IMG/VR virus record: IMGVR_UViG_3300025167_000006 | Location: 34,277 to 98,276 of that record | Strand: one strand, 5' to 3' | From: a virus | Lineage: Duplodnaviria; Caudoviricetes | DNA length: 64,000 bases | Translations under genes and position numbers: made by a program | Notes under the pieces: model-generated | What the model was told of the DNA's origin: nothing | What the model saw: only the letters and a program-made list of their open reading frames with translations | Database searches by the model: none | Part shown: positions 17,801-26,906 of the stretch, in pieces | Position numbering within the stretch: position 1 is the first letter of the stretch | Layout: each line of letters starts with the position of its first letter

Positions 17801-20800
17801 CACCAGCAGGTGTGGAACGCCATTCAGACCGGCGAGAGAATCCCGGCCCCCAAGAAGACCTTCGCGTTCCAGAAGTTCGAGGACATGCTCCGAGCTTCAG
17901 GCGTCGACGTGGTCAAGAAGGGGCACCGTCTGCAGCTGACGCCGCTGACGAACTCGCAGGTGCTGGCGATGAGCTCGGGCGAGGTAAAAGATCCCACGTC
18001 TCTCACGTACTCGAAGTTGGACAAGTCGGGGGAACCGGCTCCGATTCCCGGTGGGTTGTTCGATCCCAAACTGACGGGCGGACATGGCGGGCGCAAGTGG
18101 ACGCACATGAAGCTCGCAGAGCCCATGCCGAACCCGGTGTTCGAGGGGGCCATCCAGAAGGTGCTTGGGATGGGCACGAAGAACTACTCGGCAATCGTCA
18201 ATGGAGAGCGGGCCGTAAAGGACGGCAAGCTGGTGGAGCTGGATACACCGGGGTCGATGGCGGGTGGAGCAGCCATCGCGCACATGCTCAGCCAGATCGA
18301 TACGAAGACGGAGCTAGAGAAGGCGAAGAAGGAGCTGGCAGCAGTCCGTATCCCAGACCAGCTAGCGCACCGTGACAGCACCACTAAGCTGGACCAGGCG
18401 TACAAGCGCGTGAAGTACCTGCAGGCGCTGGACAACGCAGGCATCACGGCAAAGGACGCCTACACGTTGCACAACTTGCCCATCATTCCTCCGGCGATGC
18501 GTCCAGCGTCTGTACTCCCTGATGGGTCCATCAAGTGGGACGACATCAACGGGATGTACAAGCGTCTTGGCGAGAACAACGTCGAGATGAAGCACGAGAA
18601 CTTCATGACGTACTTGCCAGATTCTAGGAAGGCGGAGTTCCGCGCTGAGATGTACGATGGCCTGAAGGCCCTGATGGGCGTTGGCACGTCGAAGTCGGAG
18701 GATGAGAACGAGTCGCGCGGGTTGTTCCAGCAGATAGCGGGGGCCAATCCCAAGCGCGGCTACTTCCAAGGGACGCTGCTGAAGCGCCGTCAGGACATGA
18801 CGATGCGCGGAACTATCACGCCCGATGCCGGGATGGGCCTAGACAACGTAGGCATTCCGCAGGACAAGGCGCTGACTCTTTTCAGGCCCTTCGTGACCAG
18901 GAAGCTCGTGGAGATGGGGTCCGCACCTTCTCCACTGGACGCGCACAAGATGCTGTCGCAGAAGGGCGTTAAGGACAGGTCGGTGTACCGCGCACTGGAT
19001 CTGGTGATGGAGGAGCGCCCGGTGCTTCTAAAGAGAGACCCGGCGCTGCACAAGCACAGCATTCAGGCGTTCAAGGCACACCGCGTTCCTGGAAAGTCGA
19101 TTATGATCCACCCGCTAGTAACGGGCGGCTTTGGGGCGGACTTCGATGGTGACTCGTGCCTCGGGTCTATTCTGTGCTATACCGTAGAAATGGCGCACGC
19201 TGGTTCTGTGGCGTCCTTCAAGGTTATCGACTTGGCTGACTTTCCACGGGTGGAGGAGTCACGTCGAGAGTTGCCTAACGGCGTGGTTGAGTACGATGTA
19301 CCAGCGCAAGTTTACGTTCCAGGTTATCGCAACGGGAGCGTTAGGTTGTTCGAAGCGACCGGGTATTCGGTGCATCAAGATTGTGAAGAATGGATTGTAA
19401 CAACCCGTGGGGGACGAGAGATTCGCTGCTCTTCTGATCATTCATTGGCGCTGCTGAACCCAAACAGCTTTGCTGTGGAACAGACACCTCCCAGGGGCAG
19501 CGTTGGGCTTTGTATGCCCATCATGCGGGACCTGAAGGATGGGTTGTGGGGTAGCGCCGCGGGCAACGCGTCCGGGAGTGCGTTTGCCAATGATATGGTG
19601 GAAGTCTTTGACTTCAACTTTAACAACGGGTGGTTTTTGGGTGTGTTGTGTGGGGACGGGTGGGTGTCTGGATCTAGTGAGCATCGTCAAGTGTCTCTGT
19701 CCCACGGATCTTTGAATCGCAACGTTGTTCAATGCTGGGAGAGTCTTGCGCGCTATCTGGGCGGTACCAACACGGTGACTAAGACAGAGATGCCTCATGA
19801 GTTTGAGGGTGTGCAGTGCCTGTCAGCCCGAGCAACCATTTCGTGCACAGCTTTTGGCAACTGGCTTCTTCCAATGATTGGGCATGGGGCCCGCGGTAAA
19901 CATCTTCCAGAGCGCTTTTTGGAGACGCCAGTTGAGTTCCGTCGGGGTATGTTTATCGGACTTATCGATACGGATGGTACCGCCTGCTGGAGTGCTGGTA
20001 GCGAAAAGAAGAAGCCGCAGTTTTCGCTGTCCTTCACGACCACAAGCGAGCGCTTGGCACATGAAGCGGTTCTTCTCGGGTTGTCGCTGGGAGTAGGTTC
20101 TGGGTCGTCGGAGTACGTAAACCGAGAGCGTCCGGTTTGGATCGTGACGTTTTCAATACCGATGGTGAAGGCAGCACTCCATTGGCTGAAGCTGGTGGAT
20201 ACAGGCAAGCAGCAGGCACTGGATAGATTGGCTGAAGAAGCAGTCGGTGCCTCATCTACAGACGTGGTTCCGCTAGTACCATCCGTGGTGATGGCTCTTC
20301 TCAAAGAGCTGCGCAAAATGGGAGCGGCTCGTAAGGGTAAAAATAGGAACAACCAAGCATTTACTTGGTACACCTCCGTTAAAGCTACTTCTGGGTACAT
20401 GCTTCGAGATACAGCTAGGCGGATACTTGACGCCATCAAAGATCTTCCAGGAGAGCTATCCCCATGGGCACAGGTCGTTGCTAACGAGTCTGTGGGCTGG
20501 GACATCGTGGAGTCAGCGTCTCCTACTGGGGAAGTTCGTACAATGTATGATCTTACGGTCCCAGAATCGTTGACGTTCACGATGATGAACGGAGCAGTCG
20601 TGTGGGACACCATGGCGGTGTACGTCCCGATGTCTTCAGAGGCTGTTCGTGAAGCGCACGGCATGCTGCCCTCGAACAACCTGTACAACGAGGGCTCCGG
20701 GAAGGTGGAGTTCAGGCCCACGAATGAGGCAGCGCTTGGCCTCTACAAGATGTCCAGGGTGACCGGCACCAGCAGCCAGAAGTTCAAGGACCCCACTGAG

Positions 20801-22795
20801 CTGTTGATTGCAGCCCGTGATGGGAAGATCGAGCCCACTGTTGTTGCCAACGTGGGCGGCATGCGCACCACGGCGGGCAGGGTGCTGATGTCGAGCGCTC
20901 TTCCGGACGCGTTGCAGAAGCGCGTTTTGGAAGATCACTCGTTCATGTTTGACAAGAAGGGCATCGATCACCTGTACACGCGGCTGGCCAAGGAGCACAA
21001 GGATTCGTTCGCTGATTCGGCCACGAGCCTCATGCGAATGGGGTACGACGCCGCCTTCGGCGTGGTGAAGATCCAGAACCCAGCCACCAAGGGCACTCCG
21101 TTTCTTGTTGAGAAGGAAGCTGAAGACCCCAAGAAGCACGTCCAGTACATCTCGTTCGGCACGCACTCCTTCGGCTTGGACGACTTCAGCCCTGAGAAGG
21201 GGATTCGTCAGAAGCACGTTGCTGAAGCCCAGAAGAAGATCCGTACCATCGACCGCTCTTCCGGCTTGAGCCACAAGGAAAAGGATCGACGCAAGGTAGA
21301 AGCGTGGTACGACGCTACTGAGGGCATGCTGCGCGAAGCGGTAGACAAATCCAAGTCCTCTCCCAGCAACTTCATGATGATGAATCACGCGGGTCTGAAG
21401 CCCACACACGACAACGTGCAGCAGCTTCGGCTGGCGCCCATGATGATCGTCAACGCGCAGAACCAAGTGCGCCCCAACCCCATTCTCACCAGCTACTCAG
21501 AGGGCCTGAGCGTGGGCGACTACTGGACGCAGCAGTCCGGAGCGCGGCGTGGTTCCGTGTTGAAGGTTCAGGAAGTAATTGGACCTGGGGCGTTCACTAA
21601 GCAGTTGATGAACACCGCCATGGGGTTGATGATCGACGCCGATGACTGTGGCACCAGCCGCGGTATCTCGGTGCATGTGGGCGACAAGGACATTTACGAC
21701 CGGCACCTTGCAAGCGACGTGCACATCAAGGGAAGGACGTACGTCGCCGGTACGGTGCTCACACCGGATATCGTTGGGGCTATCAGGTCTGCGGACAAGA
21801 ACGCCAGGCTTGAAGTGCGCAGCCCGTTGAAGTGCGAGCATGGGTCTGGGCTGTGCCAAAAGTGTGCTGGGTTGGCTCCAAACGGGTCGTACTTCAACAA
21901 GGGCACCAACCTTGGGGTGATCGCCACGCAATCATTGGGGGAGCGCTCGTCTCAGCTGACGTTGAAGGCGTTCCACAGCGGTGGCATCGCGAAGCGTGGC
22001 CCGCAGATGGTCAACGACTTCAAGCGCGTGACGCAGCTGTGCGAGCTGCCTAAGACCATCCCGAACTCCGCTCGCTTGTCCATGAAGTCCGGCACCATAG
22101 AGAAGATCGAGAACGACCCGACCGGCGTCAACGTCTGGGTAGGCGGGGTGAAGCACCACGTTCCAAAGGACCAGTTCGGCAGCCCGTTGTGGCAAGCGTC
22201 GCCGGGGCAGCAGTCGAAGCCGTGGCAGCCACCGAAGGTCGGCATGAAGGTGGTTGCGGGGCAGCCGCTATCCGATCCAAATCGCACCGACATCAACCCG
22301 CATGACCTGTACAAGGCCACAGGCAGCATGGAGAAGGTGCAAAACCACCTGGTGTCCGAGCTACACGGGATCTTCGGTCCGGAGGGTGTCCGTCGTCAGC
22401 ACATCGAGACGGTGGTGAAGGCGATGAGCAATCTTACTAGAGTGACGGACCCTGGCGACGCTCCAGACATCATCAAGGGTGAGTTCGCAGCTACAAGCAA
22501 GCTTGGTGCAACGAACCGCGACCTGAAGAAGCGGGGGCTTCAGCCCGCTACGCACACGCCCGTTTTGAAGGGCATCAAGGTTCTTCCGCTGGAGGTTCAA
22601 GAGGACTGGATGGCCAAGCTGAACCACAGCTACTTGAAGAGCAGCTTGGCTGAGTCTGCTGCTACAGGGGCTTCATCCAACTTGCACGGGACGCATCCCA
22701 TCCCAGGCATCGCGTACGGCGCTGAGTTTGGGATGAATGAGCGACACCGGGTGTTCAAGCCGCACTTGGCTGACGTGAAGAGCTGGCACTACTGA
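14885..22795 (+). CDS. Single-polypeptide beta-beta' fused multisubunit-type RNA polymerase with an intein
   Basis: Beta motifs HFGFLDPIHTPEG, QMKQA, NFEDG, GDKLTGRAGNKG, NPAGIPGRMNMGQ; beta' motifs GGLFD, IPPAMRP, RDPALH, ADFDGD|TMAV, GARRG, RSPLKC..LCQKC, QSLGERSSQLTLKAFHSGG. Confidence 0.95.
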   Translation: MAYLNTVDAYTDLKAGVLKGIHANFPLEGKKQSIHLEGLTVRDEKFDPNDIEAQHQARMEGKTWASPVFGQLVLKDNQTGNVIDRQSVKLADIPHMTKRYSYIVDGKEIQVDNQWQLKPGVYTRRRANGELETQFNSPNRAFHMHFDPESKIFHMERGKSGKIPVYPLMKAMGVDDDTLEKSWGKEVLKVNQGQRAVSTALERFFKADRKRAPTDKKEALDYFHQSMRETTFDPESTEITLGHPHKSLTGDVFTAVTKKMLDVQNGSVPEDERDALVFKSLRTTADFAHDKLTAWNTRKQILPKVNRKINTARNIREVVKGALFNGAVKSTFTANALARTADQVNPLEMMEGAFQTTVMGPGGIQSERSVSEEAKLISESHFGFLDPIHTPEGNKTGVTLHLPLGVVKEGNKPTIPVFNMRTGQAERIDPVTFYKSKVALPDQVKWQGGKPVALSKEVQLSDRGNAVIAGGLHTADYVMRSPSQLFSTASNLIPWLGSNSGNRASYADTQMKQAISLKHREAPLVQTATGTKAAGLDTFEGFLGSQSAHVAPVGGTVTTVNKNHILVRGDDGKERKVSLYNNFPLNDPKAVLDSTAVVKVGQKVTRGQVVADNNFTRDGKLALGTNLRVGYLPYKGQNFEDGVVISRSAAEKMTSVHMHKPEIQLADTTITDARRFAIHHPEAFTRDQLAKVGENGIVQVGQKVKPGDPLVLATKPYDLKGRDSIAAVRRSLSTQQSNSSLTWKSDFPGEVVGVHRDKSGNVRVHVRTEEPMQIGDKLTGRAGNKGIVTNILEDHEMPRTQSGHLEVLLNPAGIPGRMNMGQVFETVASKIARKTGQPYVVQNFEHGVDQLARIKADLAKHGIPDQEEVHDPISGRSLGKALVGEQHLFKLNFQVDKKISARAGNVLEGNEPEFYDNNLIPAGGGKTGAQSLGNLALYSMLSHGATANIREMQTLKSEGPDVRYGGKKWDSQHQQVWNAIQTGERIPAPKKTFAFQKFEDMLRASGVDVVKKGHRLQLTPLTNSQVLAMSSGEVKDPTSLTYSKLDKSGEPAPIPGGLFDPKLTGGHGGRKWTHMKLAEPMPNPVFEGAIQKVLGMGTKNYSAIVNGERAVKDGKLVELDTPGSMAGGAAIAHMLSQIDTKTELEKAKKELAAVRIPDQLAHRDSTTKLDQAYKRVKYLQALDNAGITAKDAYTLHNLPIIPPAMRPASVLPDGSIKWDDINGMYKRLGENNVEMKHENFMTYLPDSRKAEFRAEMYDGLKALMGVGTSKSEDENESRGLFQQIAGANPKRGYFQGTLLKRRQDMTMRGTITPDAGMGLDNVGIPQDKALTLFRPFVTRKLVEMGSAPSPLDAHKMLSQKGVKDRSVYRALDLVMEERPVLLKRDPALHKHSIQAFKAHRVPGKSIMIHPLVTGGFGADFDGDSCLGSILCYTVEMAHAGSVASFKVIDLADFPRVEESRRELPNGVVEYDVPAQVYVPGYRNGSVRLFEATGYSVHQDCEEWIVTTRGGREIRCSSDHSLALLNPNSFAVEQTPPRGSVGLCMPIMRDLKDGLWGSAAGNASGSAFANDMVEVFDFNFNNGWFLGVLCGDGWVSGSSEHRQVSLSHGSLNRNVVQCWESLARYLGGTNTVTKTEMPHEFEGVQCLSARATISCTAFGNWLLPMIGHGARGKHLPERFLETPVEFRRGMFIGLIDTDGTACWSAGSEKKKPQFSLSFTTTSERLAHEAVLLGLSLGVGSGSSEYVNRERPVWIVTFSIPMVKAALHWLKLVDTGKQQALDRLAEEAVGASSTDVVPLVPSVVMALLKELRKMGAARKGKNRNNQAFTWYTSVKATSGYMLRDTARRILDAIKDLPGELSPWAQVVANESVGWDIVESASPTGEVRTMYDLTVPESLTFTMMNGAVVWDTMAVYVPMSSEAVREAHGMLPSNNLYNEGSGKVEFRPTNEAALGLYKMSRVTGTSSQKFKDPTELLIAARDGKIEPTVVANVGGMRTTAGRVLMSSALPDALQKRVLEDHSFMFDKKGIDHLYTRLAKEHKDSFADSATSLMRMGYDAAFGVVKIQNPATKGTPFLVEKEAEDPKKHVQYISFGTHSFGLDDFSPEKGIRQKHVAEAQKKIRTIDRSSGLSHKEKDRRKVEAWYDATEGMLREAVDKSKSSPSNFMMMNHAGLKPTHDNVQQLRLAPMMIVNAQNQVRPNPILTSYSEGLSVGDYWTQQSGARRGSVLKVQEVIGPGAFTKQLMNTAMGLMIDADDCGTSRGISVHVGDKDIYDRHLASDVHIKGRTYVAGTVLTPDIVGAIRSADKNARLEVRSPLKCEHGSGLCQKCAGLAPNGSYFNKGTNLGVIATQSLGERSSQLTLKAFHSGGIAKRGPQMVNDFKRVTQLCELPKTIPNSARLSMKSGTIEKIENDPTGVNVWVGGVKHHVPKDQFGSPLWQASPGQQSKPWQPPKVGMKVVAGQPLSDPNRTDINPHDLYKATGSMEKVQNHLVSELHGIFGPEGVRRQHIETVVKAMSNLTRVTDPGDAPDIIKGEFAATSKLGATNRDLKKRGLQPATHTPVLKGIKVLPLEVQEDWMAKLNHSYLKSSLAESAATGASSNLHGTHPIPGIAYGAEFGMNERHRVFKPHLADVKSWHY
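19154..20608 (+). mobile_element. Intein with LAGLIDADG endonuclease in the RNAP catalytic motif (485 aa)
   Basis: DFDGD|SCLG...MYDLTV...VVWD|TMAV; CSSDHSL block B; FLGVLCGDG and FIGLIDTDG; visibly lower GC than the flanks. Confidence 0.88.
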
Positions 22796-24051
22796 TGACA
22801 AGAGGCACCGTACCGCAGAACACGCACGACCCGGTGAACGACTCACCGACGTCGATGCGTACATCGATGACGCGCGGGTACGGGGCTACCCCCGCGTACA
22901 TCCACGAGGGGCGCGTGGTCGACGTGAACTTCGTGAACTGGACTGTCAGTGTGTGGAGCCAGTTCGACATGCGCTACTGGCCCGACATCCAGGTGGCGTC
23001 TCCGTACCTACATCCCAGCCGTGGTGAGGGCATCTACGTGATGCCGGAGGTGAACTCCAAGGTACTTGTGTGTATCCCCTCGGATGGCCCACCACCCTTC
23101 GTGATCGGGTTCATTGCGTCCATGGAGCGCAGCGGGCGTGACACTGTTCAGGGCGATGCGGAGGGTGAAGGAGACGACAACACCGATTCCGCTGGTGGCA
23201 TGGGCGGCTCCACTTATGCGCTGGGAAGGAAGCGCGCCAAGCCGGGGGACATCTTCATGCGCGGGCGTGACGGCAACTTCATGATCTTGCACCGCGGAGG
23301 GGTGTTGCAGATTGGAGCCACCGACATAGCGCAGCGCATATACATACCGTTGAGGAACCTGGTCACAGACATCAGCCAGAACTATGAGCACTTCAACTCC
23401 GGTGGGTCTATTAACTGGGGCATATCTGTTGGAGAGACCTCCGATAACCCGGAGACTGAATGGCGGCAGGTATTTCGCTTGTACGCCAACGACGAGAGAG
23501 CGGACATACGTGTGGCTGCTGGTAAGGTGCATCAGCCGTTGCCTGAGCCCGCGGCTCCAGACGGGTCGCAGTCGGACTTGAGCGCCCTCAACATCGGTGG
23601 GGACAACACAGTCGTCTACGAGTTCGACATCGCTCCTGGTGGGTTCAACGCGGAAACTGGCGCCCCCGTAGGAGACGTGTCCAGCAAGATGAAGCTGTTC
23701 TTCGACCGAGCCGGAGGAGGGTTTCTTCGTGCTGAGGGCTCTGTTCTTGTGCGTGTAAAGAAGAAGCTGAAGGTGGTCGCAGATGAGGGAATAGAGTTCG
23801 AGACGAACGAGAGCGTGTCCGTCCGTGCCGCTAAGGGCATGCGCCTGACGGCGGGCAGTAACCTCGACATCGGTACGGACGGGGGCATCCTCTCCATGAA
23901 CAGCGGAAAGGATGCTGTCGCGCACGTAGGCTCTGTGGTAGAAGTCACCATCAGCGTGCCAGCCATTGCTCAGGCGCTAGCCGACCCCACCGCGACGTCC
24001 ATCCAGGCCGCTGGAAGTGTGACCACAGGTAGGACAAAGACCCTCGTCTGA
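22795..24051 (+). CDS. Baseplate central spike/hub-like protein (gp5/VgrG-like)
   Basis: N-terminal OB-fold-like segment (GRVVDV...GIYVMPEVNSKVLV); C-terminal short beta-repeat stretch. Confidence 0.55.
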   Translation: MTRGTVPQNTHDPVNDSPTSMRTSMTRGYGATPAYIHEGRVVDVNFVNWTVSVWSQFDMRYWPDIQVASPYLHPSRGEGIYVMPEVNSKVLVCIPSDGPPPFVIGFIASMERSGRDTVQGDAEGEGDDNTDSAGGMGGSTYALGRKRAKPGDIFMRGRDGNFMILHRGGVLQIGATDIAQRIYIPLRNLVTDISQNYEHFNSGGSINWGISVGETSDNPETEWRQVFRLYANDERADIRVAAGKVHQPLPEPAAPDGSQSDLSALNIGGDNTVVYEFDIAPGGFNAETGAPVGDVSSKMKLFFDRAGGGFLRAEGSVLVRVKKKLKVVADEGIEFETNESVSVRAAKGMRLTAGSNLDIGTDGGILSMNSGKDAVAHVGSVVEVTISVPAIAQALADPTATSIQAAGSVTTGRTKTLV

Positions 24052-24683
24052 TGATCACCAACCGGGCAGCGAAAACCCTGGGGGAGTTCAACGTCGGACT
24101 TGCCGCAGCACTCGGGTTCCTCAACCCGTTGGGGGCACAGCTCGACGCCCTCATCGGTCTTGGCATCGGCCCGTTGAGCTTCGACTTGAACGCGCGGTTG
24201 AACGCGTTGCTCGCAGCGCAAGCCAACATCGGTCTTCAGCTGGCCATGGACCCACGTGCTCGGCTGACGGCGATATTGACGGCCATCGCCTCTCTTCAAG
24301 CAGCGCTCGCTGGTGCTCTGTCGCTGGACTTGGGGATTCGGCTCACCGTTGAAGTTGGTCTTCTGGGCGCTATTACCGGGGCCATCAGCGTGCAGCTGGG
24401 CGGACTACAGCTGGCCATTCAGGCGGCGCTCGCCATTAAAATCCCAGCCATGCGGGCTGCAGCGCGCCTAGCCGCTCACATGTCTGCCGGCCCAGCCTTC
24501 TTGATTGCAGCGAACGGGTCGATGAATGCAGTGGGCGCTGACCTTGCAGCAGAGCTTGGGCAGTCGTCGTTGACGTACGACGGGAACACCATCCAGGGGT
24601 TCGACTCCGTCATCGCCATTCTGCTGTTCGCCAAGGAACCTTCCGTTCAGGTAGCTTTGCAGGCCATAATCAAGGCGGGATAG
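24051..24683 (+). CDS. Ala/Leu-rich hydrophobic hypothetical protein
   Basis: 210 aa, TGATG-coupled to the spike-like gene. Confidence 0.7.
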   Translation: MITNRAAKTLGEFNVGLAAALGFLNPLGAQLDALIGLGIGPLSFDLNARLNALLAAQANIGLQLAMDPRARLTAILTAIASLQAALAGALSLDLGIRLTVEVGLLGAITGAISVQLGGLQLAIQAALAIKIPAMRAAARLAAHMSAGPAFLIAANGSMNAVGADLAAELGQSSLTYDGNTIQGFDSVIAILLFAKEPSVQVALQAIIKAG

Positions 24684-24687
24684 AACC

Positions 24688-26826
24688 ATGACCCAACCGC
24701 TGTTCTTCGAGCCCGAGCCGTACAACTACATCGAGAAGGTCGGCGGTGAGGTGGACCTCCCCGATGACCCCAACCAGTGGCCGCAGCAGATTCTCCAGGA
24801 GGTGTACAAGCAAGTACCGTACATCGCCGACTATCAGCCGCACGTGGTCATGAAGCGCGTCGACGCGGAGCGTGGGTATGGACTGGGGCATGTGGAGATC
24901 ATGAACCAGACGGAAGCGCCCCAGGGCTCGCCAGACCAAGAGATGAAGGCGGCGGGCATCCGCACGGTGCGCATCCCGTTCATCATCCGGGAGAGCAAGC
25001 TGTCTCCATTCGATCTCCTGATGAACGACCAGTCCAAGATGATACCGCTGACGGAGAACCGGCTTCGGACGGCCCTGTTCCGACCTCAAGCTTTCGACGT
25101 CACCAGCCGCACGCCTGGCGACCAGAGCATGATCGGACAGCTCTACCCGCCGTACCGGCAGAACTATGGCTTCGGTGGCGGTGGGATGTCCATGAACGCA
25201 TCCGGCGGCATGGCGATGGGCAAGCTGGGGTCAGCGCTCGAGCAGTATCTTGCTGGAGCGGATACCAGCACGGAGAGCCTGGAGCTGCGCAACCGGGCGT
25301 CCGTACGCGTCAAGACAAGCTCCGCCCTCAATACACCCACGATCAAGAAGACCGGGTCGATTCTCGATGCGGTGTTGGGCTCCATCGACCCACGCGACCA
25401 CGAGTCGTTTCTCGACGAGCTTAGCAAGTCGGCTGGCTACCTGACGACTACCACGCGCGAGCAGCACGACAGCGTCATCACATCCCTTCAGAAGGTGGTG
25501 GACGCTACGCCCCTGTCGTTCAAGCTGGCAAGCTGGCTAGATATCGTAGAGCCGTCGGTCACTCAGGTGACGAAGAGGAACGACGGCTACCTGATGAAGG
25601 TAGCCAGCCACGAGGCTTGGGACCCCCAGACCTTCTTGGTAGATCGGGGAATGGTCGTGCGCAGCTTCGGTGAGCGTGTGGCCATGGACGTCGACCAGCA
25701 TGGCTCGGCCACTGTTCAAGAGATGGAGGGCGAGCCGGAGGCGGGCGCCACAGAGGAAAGTGCCCCAGTTCCCACAGCTACATTTGGGTTGTACAAGGTG
25801 CGGGACACCGTCGGCAAAGAGCATGTTGGGTTCGTGATCCCCTCGCTCATCGACCTGAATGGAGACGACGTTCCCATCAAGCTGTTCACCAACGGCACGG
25901 TGGTGGCAGTACAAGCGGACATGGTGGGGGAGCCCGCAGGGACCGGTGGCAACTTGCCCAATGGGCCAGTGAGCGGAGAAGGGTTCTTCTGGGGACCGAA
26001 GGATGATGGCGGCGTGTGCGCCACCATCCCGTTCAAGTTCGAGAGCTCGGCAACGGTTGGGGATCAACCGAAGGTGCTCAACGGACAGACGTTCGACGGC
26101 TCTCCAGCCAGCGTGAGCGTTCAGCCGAACATCATCAAGCCTGTGGGCCAGGGGGGCACTCTCCTGATCCCATCCACGTGGCAGTGGATGCCGCTTGATG
26201 GAGCTAGCTCCGTCACCGTTCTTGGGGATGAGGAGCAGCACAAGGCTGAGGTGGGCGCTGAGAAGAAGAGCCACGTCATCATTCGTTCGGACGGCTCGAC
26301 CTTCTCCTTCGAGGGAGACCCCGTGGAGAAGCTGAGCTACGACCAGACGAAGTTCTTGGATGTGGGCGGCGCCATGTTCCTGCTCGCCGGCCTCGGCGTT
26401 CATCAGGTGGTGGGCACGGAGAAGCTGGCGCAGGCAGTGCAGGGCGGGATGTCTTCGGAGGTCCTTGTTGGCCGGGAGATCACCCTCGACCGAGACATGC
26501 GGAAGCAAGCCACCGCATGGCGAGACGAAGTGCGAGAGATGACGGACAAGATTCGTCAACCGCACCTCATCAAGGAGGCGGCTAGCATCCCAGACCCCAC
26601 GGCGGTCGACACGGTTCTCTCCCTGGGGTTCGTGAACCCCGACAACCTGATGAACTACGTCTCGTACCTCCCGGACCTGGACGGAGCGCAGTCTAAGCTG
26701 TGCGAGCTCCTCTTCGGGGTGCGCCTGGGCATCAGCAACGTTCCGCAGTCCGCGCTGGAGCGGTCGGTGCGCTCGTTGGAAGAGGTCATCGAGGGCCTGA
26801 AGATCATCGCCTTCCAGGGCAACTGA
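24688..26826 (+). CDS. Hypothetical virion protein with KxA motifs
   Basis: 712 aa; FLDELSKSA, FKLAS, MKVAS, RKQAT, IKEAAS. Confidence 0.75.
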   Translation: MTQPLFFEPEPYNYIEKVGGEVDLPDDPNQWPQQILQEVYKQVPYIADYQPHVVMKRVDAERGYGLGHVEIMNQTEAPQGSPDQEMKAAGIRTVRIPFIIRESKLSPFDLLMNDQSKMIPLTENRLRTALFRPQAFDVTSRTPGDQSMIGQLYPPYRQNYGFGGGGMSMNASGGMAMGKLGSALEQYLAGADTSTESLELRNRASVRVKTSSALNTPTIKKTGSILDAVLGSIDPRDHESFLDELSKSAGYLTTTTREQHDSVITSLQKVVDATPLSFKLASWLDIVEPSVTQVTKRNDGYLMKVASHEAWDPQTFLVDRGMVVRSFGERVAMDVDQHGSATVQEMEGEPEAGATEESAPVPTATFGLYKVRDTVGKEHVGFVIPSLIDLNGDDVPIKLFTNGTVVAVQADMVGEPAGTGGNLPNGPVSGEGFFWGPKDDGGVCATIPFKFESSATVGDQPKVLNGQTFDGSPASVSVQPNIIKPVGQGGTLLIPSTWQWMPLDGASSVTVLGDEEQHKAEVGAEKKSHVIIRSDGSTFSFEGDPVEKLSYDQTKFLDVGGAMFLLAGLGVHQVVGTEKLAQAVQGGMSSEVLVGREITLDRDMRKQATAWRDEVREMTDKIRQPHLIKEAASIPDPTAVDTVLSLGFVNPDNLMNYVSYLPDLDGAQSKLCELLFGVRLGISNVPQSALERSVRSLEEVIEGLKIIAFQGN

Positions 26827-26906
26827 GAGCGAAAGCACTGATCTTTCAGGGGGCTACCGCCCTTCGTCTTGACGGGCCGGCCTGAATAGTACACCTTGTC
26901 CTGACG

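Noticed and set aside
14885-22795. Cellular rpoBC, meaning a bacterial chromosome
   Set aside because: The enzyme is highly divergent and reduced, is surrounded by virion genes, and has no ribosomal protein neighbours.
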